Shown here: piece after piece, positions 27,039 through 36,327 of the stretch
Layout of the letters: each line of letters opens with the position of its first letter
Position numbering within the stretch: position 1 is the stretch's first letter
IMG/VR virus record: IMGVR_UViG_3300038371_000007
Location: 1-52,315 of that record
Reading direction: 5' to 3' (one strand)
Source of the DNA: a virus
Lineage: Duplodnaviria > Caudoviricetes
DNA: 52,315 bases
Program-made: the position numbers and the translations under genes
The notes under the pieces: model-generated
Seen by the model: the letters and a program-made list of their open reading frames with translations, nothing else
Databases searched by the model: none
What the model was told of the DNA's origin: nothing

Positions 27039-27352
27039 CGTTTGAAGACTATCAAAAAGCTGCACGATCCACTGCCATCTACCCTCAGGAGTATGGCATG
27101 GCCTACGTAGCACTGGGCCTGACTGGTGAGGCAGGTGAGGTTGCAGACAAGATTAAGAAGATCTATCGGGACACTGACCACGTGTGGCACGCTAAGGACA
27201 TTGCCAAAGAGCTGGGGGATGTTCTCTGGTATCTGGCTAACGCAGCACACGAGTTTGGCTACACTCTTGAGGACATTGCCAAGATGAATGCGGAGAAGCT
27301 GTCTTCTCGTGCAGAGCGTGGTGTTCTTCAGGGGAGTGGGGATGAACGATGA
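27035..27352 (+). CDS. mazG: MazG-like nucleotide pyrophosphohydrolase
   Basis: LGLTGEAGEVADKIKK...KELGDVLWY...N..KL..R. Confidence 0.9.
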   Translation: MTFEDYQKAARSTAIYPQEYGMAYVALGLTGEAGEVADKIKKIYRDTDHVWHAKDIAKELGDVLWYLANAAHEFGYTLEDIAKMNAEKLSSRAERGVLQGSGDER

Positions 27353-27723
27353 AAGACATGATGACTGTTGAAGTACATACTAAATCTATTCCCCTGGCAC
27401 AAGGCCATATGTATTCCAGAGAGGAGTTGATTGAGTTGATAGACTCCGTACTTTCCTCGGCCAGAGACGAGGGACTCTTGGACGCCAGAGTAAGTATCTC
27501 CTCTGCTATGGAGCCTTACGAAGACTTCTTGGGGGATGCTGTTATGACCCCCTGCGGTTGGAGGGCTAAGACTCCCGACGAGGTGGAGGAGGACAATCTT
27601 TGGTCCGTGGCCACAGAACTCTCCTTGGAGTTTCCGGGGTATCCTTACGCAACTGACGTTTTTAAAATCCTGAAGAAGGGCAAGACGGTAAAACAAGTAA
27701 GAGAGTTTTATGGGGACAAATAA
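27349..27723 (+). CDS. Hypothetical protein
   Basis: ATGA overlap. Confidence 0.65.
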   Translation: MKDMMTVEVHTKSIPLAQGHMYSREELIELIDSVLSSARDEGLLDARVSISSAMEPYEDFLGDAVMTPCGWRAKTPDEVEEDNLWSVATELSLEFPGYPYATDVFKILKKGKTVKQVREFYGDK

Positions 27724-27867
27724 TAATTGCCCTTGGATGCTAGCCTACATTAACGTAGGTAAGAACGAGTGGAGGTATGAGTGCCTTGACTGTGGCAAGG
27801 AGGCAGTTGTGTACTCCGGCCACGTCAAGCCGCTTAACTGTGCAGAAGAAGAACAAGAGGAGGAAGA

Positions 27868-29637
27868 ATGACAGAACAAGTAGGTCCAACCATCCCCATT
27901 GCCGTTTGGGCAGACGAGGAAAAGTACAGGCAACCCGGAGAATCTTATAGCCAGAAGTGTGGCCGTGTTGCTGGTGCACTGTCCGATGATGAGAAGCATT
28001 ACGCTGTAACTAAGGGCATTCTGAAAAGCCAGATATTCCTGCCCGGAGGTAGGGTACAGAGTGCAGCAGGTTCTGTCCGTCAGACCACAGCATTCAATTG
28101 CTTCGTCATGCAGAAGGTGCCTGATAGCTTGGAAGGCATCATGAAGGTTGCACGTGAGGCAGCCGTAACCATGCAACTGGGAGGGGGTGTAGGTTATGAC
28201 TTCTCTGACATCCGTCCGAAAGGCGCTAGGATTAAGTCTCTTGGTTCTGCTGCTTCTGGACCTCTGTCTTTCATGGGGATCTTCGACGCTCTTTGTAAAA
28301 CTATTGCATCTGCTGGCCATCGTCGTGGTGCTCAGATGGGATGTATGCGAGTCGATCACCCTGACATCATGGAGTTCATCACAGCGAAGAACAACAGCGA
28401 CAATCTCACACAGTTCAACATCTCGGTACTCGTAACTGATAAGTTCATGACTGCGGTTAAGGAGGACGATGCCTTCGACTTGGTGTTTGAGGGCGAGGTG
28501 TACGACACTGTTAGAGCTCGTCACTTGTGGGATGTGATTCTTCGTAGCACATGGGAGTGGGCAGAGCCCGGTGTCATCTTCATCGACCGTGTGAACCAGA
28601 TGAACAACCTCTGGTACATTGAAGACATCTCAGCTACCAACCCTTGTGGGGAGCAACCTCTGCCCCCGTATGGCGCATGTCTGCTGGGGTCACACAATCT
28701 CACAAAGTTTGTGTACGAAGAGCCCAGTGGTTGCCGAGATGGGAGTTCTTCTCGTGTCTTCTCCTTTGACTGGGACAAGCTGAGAGAGGCCATCCCTCCC
28801 ATCGTTCGTATGATGGATAACGTCATTGACGAAACCATCTACCCCCTCCCTGAGCAAGAGGAGGAGGCGAAGAACAAGCGTCGCATGGGCCTTGGCATCA
28901 CAGGTCTGGGCAATGTTCTGGGGGCCCTCGGTATTCCGTACGGAAGCCCTGCTGCCAGAGAGTTCGTGAGTGATGTTATGAGGTTCTTGGCCAATGAGTG
29001 CTACAGAGCGTCCGCATTCCTCGCCAAAGAGAAGGGCCCGTTCCCTCTGTACGACGAGGAGAAGTACCTCAAAGGGGAGTTCATCAAAAAGCTGGACCCA
29101 GATGTGAGAGACGCCATTGCCTCCTACGGCATTCGTAACTCTCATCTCATCTCCATTGCACCCACTGGAACCATTAGCCTCACAGCTAACAACGTGTCGT
29201 CTGGCATTGAGCCTGTGTTCTCTCACAAGTACACTCGCACAGTACAGACACCCGATGGTCCTATGTACGAAGAGGTGGAAGACTACGCCTATCGTGAGTG
29301 GGGTATCGAGTGCGACACTGCCGATAGCATTCCTGTACAAGATCACGTAGCTATGCTGTGTGCTGCGCAGGAGTGGGTGGACAGTGCTTGTTCTAAGACC
29401 TGTAATGTTGGAGACGACGTTACATGGGAGGAGTTCAAGAGTGTCTACATGATGGCGTATGACGGGGGCGCTAAGGGTTGTACAACCTTCCGTGCCGCTG
29501 GTAAACGATTTGGCATTCTGAATGCTTCTGCTGCCGAAGAGGTGGTTGAACAGGAAGTCAAGTCTGATGAAGTGGAGGTGTCGGGCGGAGCCTGTTACAT
29601 TGACGTCGAGACGGGTATGCGGACTTGTGATATGTGA
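27868..29637 (+). CDS. nrdJ: Adenosylcobalamin-dependent (class II) ribonucleotide reductase
   Basis: FLPGGR, NCFV, GGGVG, RRGAQM, ATNPCGEQPL, APTGTIS, SKTCN; C-terminal CYID...RTC Cys pair; no nrdB nearby. Confidence 0.88.
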   Translation: MTEQVGPTIPIAVWADEEKYRQPGESYSQKCGRVAGALSDDEKHYAVTKGILKSQIFLPGGRVQSAAGSVRQTTAFNCFVMQKVPDSLEGIMKVAREAAVTMQLGGGVGYDFSDIRPKGARIKSLGSAASGPLSFMGIFDALCKTIASAGHRRGAQMGCMRVDHPDIMEFITAKNNSDNLTQFNISVLVTDKFMTAVKEDDAFDLVFEGEVYDTVRARHLWDVILRSTWEWAEPGVIFIDRVNQMNNLWYIEDISATNPCGEQPLPPYGACLLGSHNLTKFVYEEPSGCRDGSSSRVFSFDWDKLREAIPPIVRMMDNVIDETIYPLPEQEEEAKNKRRMGLGITGLGNVLGALGIPYGSPAAREFVSDVMRFLANECYRASAFLAKEKGPFPLYDEEKYLKGEFIKKLDPDVRDAIASYGIRNSHLISIAPTGTISLTANNVSSGIEPVFSHKYTRTVQTPDGPMYEEVEDYAYREWGIECDTADSIPVQDHVAMLCAAQEWVDSACSKTCNVGDDVTWEEFKSVYMMAYDGGAKGCTTFRAAGKRFGILNASAAEEVVEQEVKSDEVEVSGGACYIDVETGMRTCDM

Positions 29638-30119
29638 TGAAAGACTCATGTTGTATTTGCGACAAGCCTGCAAAGTCTAGGTGCACAGGAGAGAAAGGAG
29701 GGGCCGTCTACCACGGCCCCCTCTGCTCGGCTCACTACGAGAGGCTTAGACGGTGGGGAGACCCTACCTACTATCCCCCTCACAGATCTGATAAAGGCAA
29801 GACTAACAGAGATCCGAACAAAAGGTACAGTGATGGGGTTGATGGGTATGTTAAACTATTTCGTCCCGACCACCCAAACGCAGGGAAGGGAGGCTATGTA
29901 AGAGAGCATAGATATGTGATGTCTGAGCACATAGGGCGTCCACTCAAGAGCTCAGAGACGGTGCACCATATTAACGGGGACCGGTCTGATAATAGGATAG
30001 AAAATCTTGAACTTAGGGACGGACCCCACGGAAAGGGGGTTCGAGTGGAGGATAAGATTAAACAATCTATTGAATTTTTAAAACTGCATGGGTATGAATG
30101 CATTAGGAGTTGTGAATGA
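29637..30119 (+). CDS. Free-standing HNH homing endonuclease
   Basis: DGYV...HP.A..GYVREHRYVM...VHHINGDRSDNRIENL; N-terminal CxxC..CSAHY. Confidence 0.9.
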   Translation: MKDSCCICDKPAKSRCTGEKGGAVYHGPLCSAHYERLRRWGDPTYYPPHRSDKGKTNRDPNKRYSDGVDGYVKLFRPDHPNAGKGGYVREHRYVMSEHIGRPLKSSETVHHINGDRSDNRIENLELRDGPHGKGVRVEDKIKQSIEFLKLHGYECIRSCE

Positions 30120-30304
30120 ATGAAGAAGATCTGAGCCTGCGTGTAACTGCCGTTAACGCAGCCGTTGGTATCCTTAGCTCTGGGGCTTTCCGTAACAGGG
30201 AGCCCAAAGAATCTCTGGAGCTGCTCCAAGAGCTCTATCAATTTCTGAAAGAGTCGGAGCCTGAAGAGCGAGTAAACATTGTCAGCCTAACTACAGTGGA
30301 TTAA
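30119..30304 (+). CDS. Hypothetical protein
   Basis: AGGAG RBS; exact start uncertain (30116 or 30119 region). Confidence 0.55.
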   Translation, partial: NEEDLSLRVTAVNAAVGILSSGAFRNREPKESLELLQELYQFLKESEPEERVNIVSLTTVD

Positions 30305-30306
30305 AC

Positions 30307-30504
30307 ATGACTGCCAGTCTTAAGCGTGTGAGTATGATGAAGCCGTTCAATCGTGGAGTCTTGGACTTCAAGAGAGGACACATTGTTAACCCCTTTAACA
30401 CAGGAACCCAGCGGTATAGAGACTGGGAGTACGGATTTAACAAAGCTTACTATGAGAACATGAAAGGTGACGTAAGTGCAGAACGCAAAAAAGCTAGCCC
30501 CTAA
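30307..30504 (+). CDS. Hypothetical protein
   Basis: NPF...W..GF..AY pattern. Confidence 0.6.
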   Translation: MTASLKRVSMMKPFNRGVLDFKRGHIVNPFNTGTQRYRDWEYGFNKAYYENMKGDVSAERKKASP

Positions 30505-30661
30505 AAAGGCTAGCCTACAAAAACCAAAAGCCGTAACTGCAAGAGACTTGTATGCCGCCCAAGCAATGGGGGCACTCATCTCAAACAGCAACGGCTTTGT
30601 GGATAGAGATCAGATCAAGCGGGATGCTCTCGCTTGGGCTGACTTTATGTTAGAAGATTGA
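30476..30661 (+). CDS. Hypothetical protein, last gene of the + arm
   Basis: RDLYAAQAMGALI...WADFML motif common in phages. Confidence 0.7.
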   Translation: MQNAKKLAPKKASLQKPKAVTARDLYAAQAMGALISNSNGFVDRDQIKRDALAWADFMLED

Positions 30662-30662
30662 G

Positions 30663-30690
30663 GGGAGGGCCGCAAGGCCCTCCCTTTTTT
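30663..30690 (+). terminator. Rho-independent terminator at the convergence of the two genome arms
   Basis: GGGAGGGCC-GCAA-GGCCCTCCC-TTTTTT. Confidence 0.92.
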
Positions 30691-30695
30691 CGTTT

Positions 30696-33600
30696 CTACT
30701 GGGTAATTAGGATCTCGTCCCGGAACTTCAGGGCGGACTCTAGGAGTTCCATCTCCCTGTCAGTTAGATCAACGAGGTTGTCCTTCTCAATGCCCAGCTC
30801 CTTTAGGGCGTTATTAATGTCCCTGTCGTTGTACTTGTTCTGAATGTCCGACATACGAAGCAGGGTCGAGTCGTTGCCATAGACATTAGCCTCCATAAAG
30901 TCCTGAACAGTTTTCTTGTTCTTCTTCAGGAGTTCTTTAAACAGAATAGTTTTAACTTCAAGGTTGCCTTCTTGGAACTGAGGGTTGGCCAAGAGACGAC
31001 CGGCTGCTGTCTCGTTAATCTCATTGTAGAGACGTGCATACCGGTTAGACGCCTCAGGTGCATCCTTACCAATCATCGTGATAGACTTATCCCACTCAGG
31101 AATACCCACCGTCGATGCCAACCTACTCATGTTGGTGACGGTGGTTTCTCGTACGGGCGCGATGAACTTGCTATCCTGCGGACGAAGGGGCCCACGTGTG
31201 GCAGAGTAGCGTTGCTCTTGCCCCTCGGTCAGACCAATGATGTTGTCGATGTAGCGGGTGGCTTCATTAACAACTGTGTTGCCCTGACGACGGTCAGCCA
31301 CAATACGATCTTCCCCTTGTGCCATACCAACCAGAGAGTTGATGGGCTCTGCGAATCGGGTAGCACCAGAGGCTGTCTGTGCAAACAGCTTACCAATGGC
31401 GTTGCTAGCCATGTCAAGGGCCACACCCTCTTCGTTAATGGTGGAGATGATTTCATCCTTGAACTGAGGAGAGAACAGGTCAGTGAACTCACGGGTGAAG
31501 GACTCAGGACCAACAGTGGATACCCAGTCACTCATCATGTTTGGGGGAATCTCCTTACCGAGTTGCTTATATGCAATGGCACGAGCAGCGCCCTTGAAGA
31601 ATGCATAGGGGAAGTTAAACTTCTCCGAGGTGATAGCACCAGTGGCGTCCCCAAGGTGAGTCTGTTCATCCCATGCCAGTCCCATTTCAGCAAACTCCAT
31701 CTCTCGTTGAACCAGAGATGCAATGAGTCCCCAACCCACAGCAGTACGTGCAGCCAGACGGCCAGTGCTTTCTGTGGATTTCTTGTTCAAACCCGCAAGA
31801 CGCCCCACAAGGGACAGCCCACTGTTGTCTGCCATGAAGGCCATGGTGTTGTTGAAGAACCGACCGAAGGGAAGGAGAATACCAACCCCCGGAATGTTCC
31901 GAGTCTTCTCAATGAAGTCAGCAACGTCACCAAGAGCACCACCAATGTTGCCATAGGAGCGACCGAAGATGTTATCCAGTGCAGTGGTAACTGCCCTCTG
32001 TTCAGCAACCTTATACTCCTGAGTGTTCATGTATCGCCAGTAGTCTTTCTGACTCATGAACTCCTCGTAGCTCATACCAAAGCCACCACGATCTGTAGGA
32101 AGACGAAGCTGTTTATCCAACTCAGTCATGAACTCAATGGATTTGGTGTAGGCATCTTGTGCTTTAACGAGAGATAGCTGCTGAACGAAGTCAATGCCTT
32201 GGTCAACACGCATACTGCCGATGGATCTATCAAGTTCCATCTGGTTGTACAACCTCTTCGTACTTTCCACCCCACCGGGGAGGATACCTGTGAGCTCTCT
32301 CATGACCTCAGGACGGGCCCTAGCGTACTTCAGGTACTGGTCATACGTAGTGTTGGGATCAAGGGTGTTAGCGAGCTTCTGAACGACGCTACGGGCCAAT
32401 ACACCAGCCTCCTTGATACCTGACCTGTCCCCCTTTGCAAAAGCAACAGGGGCCTGCACAGCAGCAGTGACCAGATCAGAGGCTGTGTCCATTGCTGTGG
32501 CGGCAGACCAGCCGAGAAGGTTGAGCTGGGTAGTGGAGAGGTTAGAGACGAGAGAACGGATGAGCTGGTTCTGGGCACGAGGAATACTCTTGCCTACGAA
32601 ACCCTCAATCGCCTCTTGAATCTTCCCATGACTCTCTCCCATCAAGTGATTCCACATGTCATCGGCAGAGAGGTTAGACTTCTCAATGCCCAAGTCACGA
32701 GCGGCTTGGCTAAGCAGGTTACTCAGTCTACCAGAGTCGCTAATCTTTCGTTTGAATGTATTGGCAAACTCTTCTTGAGAAAGCTCTTGGATCTGGGACA
32801 AAGGATTACCTGTTGCCTCGGAGAAGTTTCTAACGAACTGCTGGAAGTCTTGAGGGTCAGCCTCCTTAATCACATCCCCGATAAAGTTGGTGATGTTATC
32901 ATCAGAGTTCTTAGGAATGAAGACGTAGTTCTGTTCGACCAGTAGCTCCGTCAACCCTTTGATGCCAAGCTCCTCATCCCCGTTCATCATCGTCACCCAG
33001 AAGGAGACATCAAGGTCATTGAGTTCCTTACCTTGAGTAACGTCTGTGATCCAGTCACCTGCTGCACTGATGCGTCCTTGGCTCACTGCCTCTCCCATCT
33101 CGTTACCGAGGGAAGAGAGACGGGCACCAGAGCGAGTTGTCTTAAGGTCGTCTAGGTCTGGGCCTATGTCCGCACCAGAGCGCTTGAACACGCCCTGTAG
33201 GGAGTAAAGAGCCCCTCCGAGTACGAGGGTACTTGTGGCAGTCAATGCGGTCTGAGAGAGGCTAATTTCGTCCTCTACGCCTGTCCTAGTGAGGGCACTC
33301 TGGTAGGCATAGTCTGTAGCCCCAGCAGCGAGGGAGTCAATGGCTGCCATGACCCCAGACTCTACGAGGTTTTCTTTAGCGAGAATACGACCAGCGACAG
33401 TGGAAGCAGCAGTCTGTGCTGCATTCTGTCTGGCTGTGGCCACTGCTGCCTGTTGAGCAGCAAGTCTCTTGCCTGCACCAGAAAACACCTTGGTGGCTGC
33501 ATTGGTGGCAATGGACTTAGCTGCTGCCTCAGTTGCACCTGATGCAACCTGTTGGGTCAACACTTTCTTGTAGGCTTGTTTGGCTGCAATGTTAGCTGCT

Positions 33601-34169
33601 ACCCCACCGCCCTTGAATCCGGCAGAGGTAACACTCTTACCAATGACACCACCGAGAAGGTTAACAGGGTCAAGCACAGCAGAGCGTGTGTAGTCCCAGC
33701 TACCCCCAAGGGTGTCACTCCAAGAAGCTTCTTCGCTGAAGATGTTGGGCAGGTTCTCAAAGATTGCGTAGGCTTCACCAGCAACCACAGAGTCCTTGTC
33801 CTCTAGCGTAGCGAGATACGAGAGTTCGTTAACAGCACGAACAGAGTTACCACCAGAGAAGCCACGCATGTTGTTAAGGTACTTCGCTACAACTTCTTCT
33901 TTGTCTTCCTGCTCAAGATGAGTACCGAAGCGACTCACCATGTAACGCTGAATGGGGGCGAAGAATTGGTCGTCAGTTAGATCTGCTGTGGTGTACTTCA
34001 TTTTCTCGTAGTCAACGAGTTGACGTCCCTCAGCAGAGGGAACCTCGTTAGCTGGGAGTTGTTCTATCTCCCACCCACCGACCACGGCATTGGGGTCGTC
34101 GAAGAGGCGCTCGTCCTCTTCTTCCTGACTACCCACACCCCAACTTTGAAAGACGTCATTTGGGTCCAT
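30696..34169 (-). CDS. Large internal virion (ejection) protein
   Basis: 1157 aa, Ala/Gly-rich helical; last gene of the morphogenesis arm. Confidence 0.7.
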   Translation of the reverse strand: MDPNDVFQSWGVGSQEEEDERLFDDPNAVVGGWEIEQLPANEVPSAEGRQLVDYEKMKYTTADLTDDQFFAPIQRYMVSRFGTHLEQEDKEEVVAKYLNNMRGFSGGNSVRAVNELSYLATLEDKDSVVAGEAYAIFENLPNIFSEEASWSDTLGGSWDYTRSAVLDPVNLLGGVIGKSVTSAGFKGGGVAANIAAKQAYKKVLTQQVASGATEAAAKSIATNAATKVFSGAGKRLAAQQAAVATARQNAAQTAASTVAGRILAKENLVESGVMAAIDSLAAGATDYAYQSALTRTGVEDEISLSQTALTATSTLVLGGALYSLQGVFKRSGADIGPDLDDLKTTRSGARLSSLGNEMGEAVSQGRISAAGDWITDVTQGKELNDLDVSFWVTMMNGDEELGIKGLTELLVEQNYVFIPKNSDDNITNFIGDVIKEADPQDFQQFVRNFSEATGNPLSQIQELSQEEFANTFKRKISDSGRLSNLLSQAARDLGIEKSNLSADDMWNHLMGESHGKIQEAIEGFVGKSIPRAQNQLIRSLVSNLSTTQLNLLGWSAATAMDTASDLVTAAVQAPVAFAKGDRSGIKEAGVLARSVVQKLANTLDPNTTYDQYLKYARARPEVMRELTGILPGGVESTKRLYNQMELDRSIGSMRVDQGIDFVQQLSLVKAQDAYTKSIEFMTELDKQLRLPTDRGGFGMSYEEFMSQKDYWRYMNTQEYKVAEQRAVTTALDNIFGRSYGNIGGALGDVADFIEKTRNIPGVGILLPFGRFFNNTMAFMADNSGLSLVGRLAGLNKKSTESTGRLAARTAVGWGLIASLVQREMEFAEMGLAWDEQTHLGDATGAITSEKFNFPYAFFKGAARAIAYKQLGKEIPPNMMSDWVSTVGPESFTREFTDLFSPQFKDEIISTINEEGVALDMASNAIGKLFAQTASGATRFAEPINSLVGMAQGEDRIVADRRQGNTVVNEATRYIDNIIGLTEGQEQRYSATRGPLRPQDSKFIAPVRETTVTNMSRLASTVGIPEWDKSITMIGKDAPEASNRYARLYNEINETAAGRLLANPQFQEGNLEVKTILFKELLKKNKKTVQDFMEANVYGNDSTLLRMSDIQNKYNDRDINNALKELGIEKDNLVDLTDREMELLESALKFRDEILITQ

Positions 34170-35059
34170 TAGTTCCTCACTAGCGACTGAATGTATGGGA
34201 AGGCTTGAAGGGCACGAGATCTGTTCTCGTCATTCAACCGATCCCAATTGGATACGACATAATAGGCTCTGTCGAGTTCATTGAATGTGCCCGGAATGTC
34301 CTTAAGAACTCCGAAGCTTGGGATGTTGGCAGACATCTCCATCATCTGGCCATAGATGGCTACACCCTCTGGGGTTCTCATAAGCTTGTTACGAGCTCGT
34401 GTACGGGCCACAGGGCTGTCACTCTGCAAGTCGTTGATGGCTTGTACCATGGCTACGTTCTCGGGCTCTGTGCTGTCTGTGACGGACCCTGAGAAGGTCT
34501 CAACGAGGAGGTTGTCGTATTGACTCTGTGCCTCACTGCGAAGTCTGTTGCTGCCAGCAAATACGCCCTGAGTGTTTACATCTACGTAAGACGAAGAAGG
34601 GGCTTCCGTAGCAGACAGAAGGTCTACCTTCATCTGGCGCAGTTCCTCGTAGCTAGCACCTTCAATGTCTTGAAGTGTCGGAGTCTTAACAGAAGGAGAC
34701 CCTTCTTCATAGAAGACAGAGAAGTTATCCATGATGTTCCGACCTTCGAGACGAAGCTCTCTGTTGGGGTCATCAAGTTCTAGTTCGTTAATACCACCCA
34801 TAATCTGACCAGCAACACCTGCCTTAGCCACTGCCCTCAGATAGTCGTCTTTGCCCTCTGCATCCCCAATACGGACACTAAGGGCGTTGAGTGCAGAAGA
34901 CTCATTAGCCGAAGCCTTGGTTCTCTTCTGTCTCTTACCAATAAGACCGATGAGTTCGTTCTCTCGTTTAGCACGAAGCTCCTGAGCGAGGAGCTCTCGT
35001 TTCTCTTTCTTGTCTTGGATACGGTTGTATTGATCCATAAACCCTACGATGAAAGACAT
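34169..35059 (-). CDS. Putative internal virion protein
   Basis: Position in the arm; MSFIVGF N-terminus. Confidence 0.65.
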   Translation of the reverse strand: MSFIVGFMDQYNRIQDKKEKRELLAQELRAKRENELIGLIGKRQKRTKASANESSALNALSVRIGDAEGKDDYLRAVAKAGVAGQIMGGINELELDDPNRELRLEGRNIMDNFSVFYEEGSPSVKTPTLQDIEGASYEELRQMKVDLLSATEAPSSSYVDVNTQGVFAGSNRLRSEAQSQYDNLLVETFSGSVTDSTEPENVAMVQAINDLQSDSPVARTRARNKLMRTPEGVAIYGQMMEMSANIPSFGVLKDIPGTFNELDRAYYVVSNWDRLNDENRSRALQAFPYIQSLVRN

Positions 35060-35062
35060 TCA

Positions 35063-35572
35063 TTACCTCCGAGACATCAGCCCCTTAGAGGGGATTGGGC
35101 GGGAAGACTCTGCCGGAGTCTCCGGGCCTAGTTCAATTACATCATCACTCTTCTGCATGGTTTTAGGTTTGTCTCTCAAGAAACGACCTGCCGCCATTGA
35201 CCGCCCTGCTTTGCTCTGAACGACGTCCTCGTCTTCTTTGTCAAAGTCAGGGCCTTCTTTATATTCAACACCCAGTTTATCTGCTGTGCGTTTAATGTAT
35301 TCATGAATGGCAGGGCCGATGATGAGGCTCACATCCACTGTGTGTACGCCGTTAGCCACTGCACTACGAAGGAGACCCTCTGTCATTGTCTGTACATCTA
35401 GGCCTCGCTCTAGGAATTGCATAACCCCATCCATTCTGTCTTCATCTGCCAGTCTGTCGAGGTGTAGAGCGAGTGCTCCCTCAGGATCAACTACCTGAGG
35501 GGGCCTCTCATAAGGAGCGTTACGTGGTGTGGTGGTCAGAGACTGACCGGGAATTGGTGCGTTAAAAGGCAT
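35063..35572 (-). CDS. Conserved structural-region protein
   Basis: PIPGQSLT..P...PYERPP N-terminus; GLMSRR C-terminus. Confidence 0.7.
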   Translation of the reverse strand: MPFNAPIPGQSLTTTPRNAPYERPPQVVDPEGALALHLDRLADEDRMDGVMQFLERGLDVQTMTEGLLRSAVANGVHTVDVSLIIGPAIHEYIKRTADKLGVEYKEGPDFDKEDEDVVQSKAGRSMAAGRFLRDKPKTMQKSDDVIELGPETPAESSRPIPSKGLMSRR

Positions 35573-36327
35573 TACCGCTCCTTTCTGTAATAGTCGTTAA
35601 TGGAGGCACGAGTAATTGCACCGCCACCTGCACTGCGCCAGCCGGGGTTCTGTTCCCAAGCACGGCTGCCTACGTCGTAGATGACTTCCTCTGCGCCTTT
35701 GTTTCTGTGGCCGGGGGCTGCTTGCATAATGCCGAGGCCCTGACCTGCGTAGTCCCACCGCTCTAGGTATCTGTCATAGAGATCCAGCTGCTGAGAGGGG
35801 GACATGTTGAGGACTTCATCAACTGTAACCCCAAGCTCTTCCGCTGTGGAAGGAATGAACTGGAACAGGCCAGCCGCTTTAGTGCTGCTGTTCTGTGCAG
35901 TGGGGTTGAAGTTAGACTCACCTTTCATAATGTCGAAGAGTTCGTCAGGCTCAATGCCCCAACGCTGTTGCATGTAATCTACACCAGCCATGAACTCTGG
36001 GTCAGACCTCAGTTCAGGAGACTGTTCGCTGGAACGAGAGGGGGTGGGTGCCTCTCCTCGTTTACCTGTGTAGTCCATATCTGGGCCTTTGTCTATCTGA
36101 GGAACCTCAATGCCCCCATCCATGTCCCTGATGTTGGCAATGAGGTTAGCAATGAACTCCAGTTCGTTCTCTTGCTCTTCCTCTTGTCCGTCACGTTCGA
36201 CGGTGGGGCGGGAGACCAGAGACTGGACCCCCGAATCCTCAATGCGCTTCTGTCGTGACTTCTGGTATTCACCGGAGCGAATAAGGTCAGCCATTTGAGA
36301 AGCTTGTTTATACATGTTGGCATACAT
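35572..36327 (-). CDS. Virion-associated lytic transglycosylase (SLT-like domain)
   Basis: GESNFNPTAQN...AAGLFQFIPSTA. Confidence 0.85.
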   Translation of the reverse strand: MYANMYKQASQMADLIRSGEYQKSRQKRIEDSGVQSLVSRPTVERDGQEEEQENELEFIANLIANIRDMDGGIEVPQIDKGPDMDYTGKRGEAPTPSRSSEQSPELRSDPEFMAGVDYMQQRWGIEPDELFDIMKGESNFNPTAQNSSTKAAGLFQFIPSTAEELGVTVDEVLNMSPSQQLDLYDRYLERWDYAGQGLGIMQAAPGHRNKGAEEVIYDVGSRAWEQNPGWRSAGGGAITRASINDYYRKER

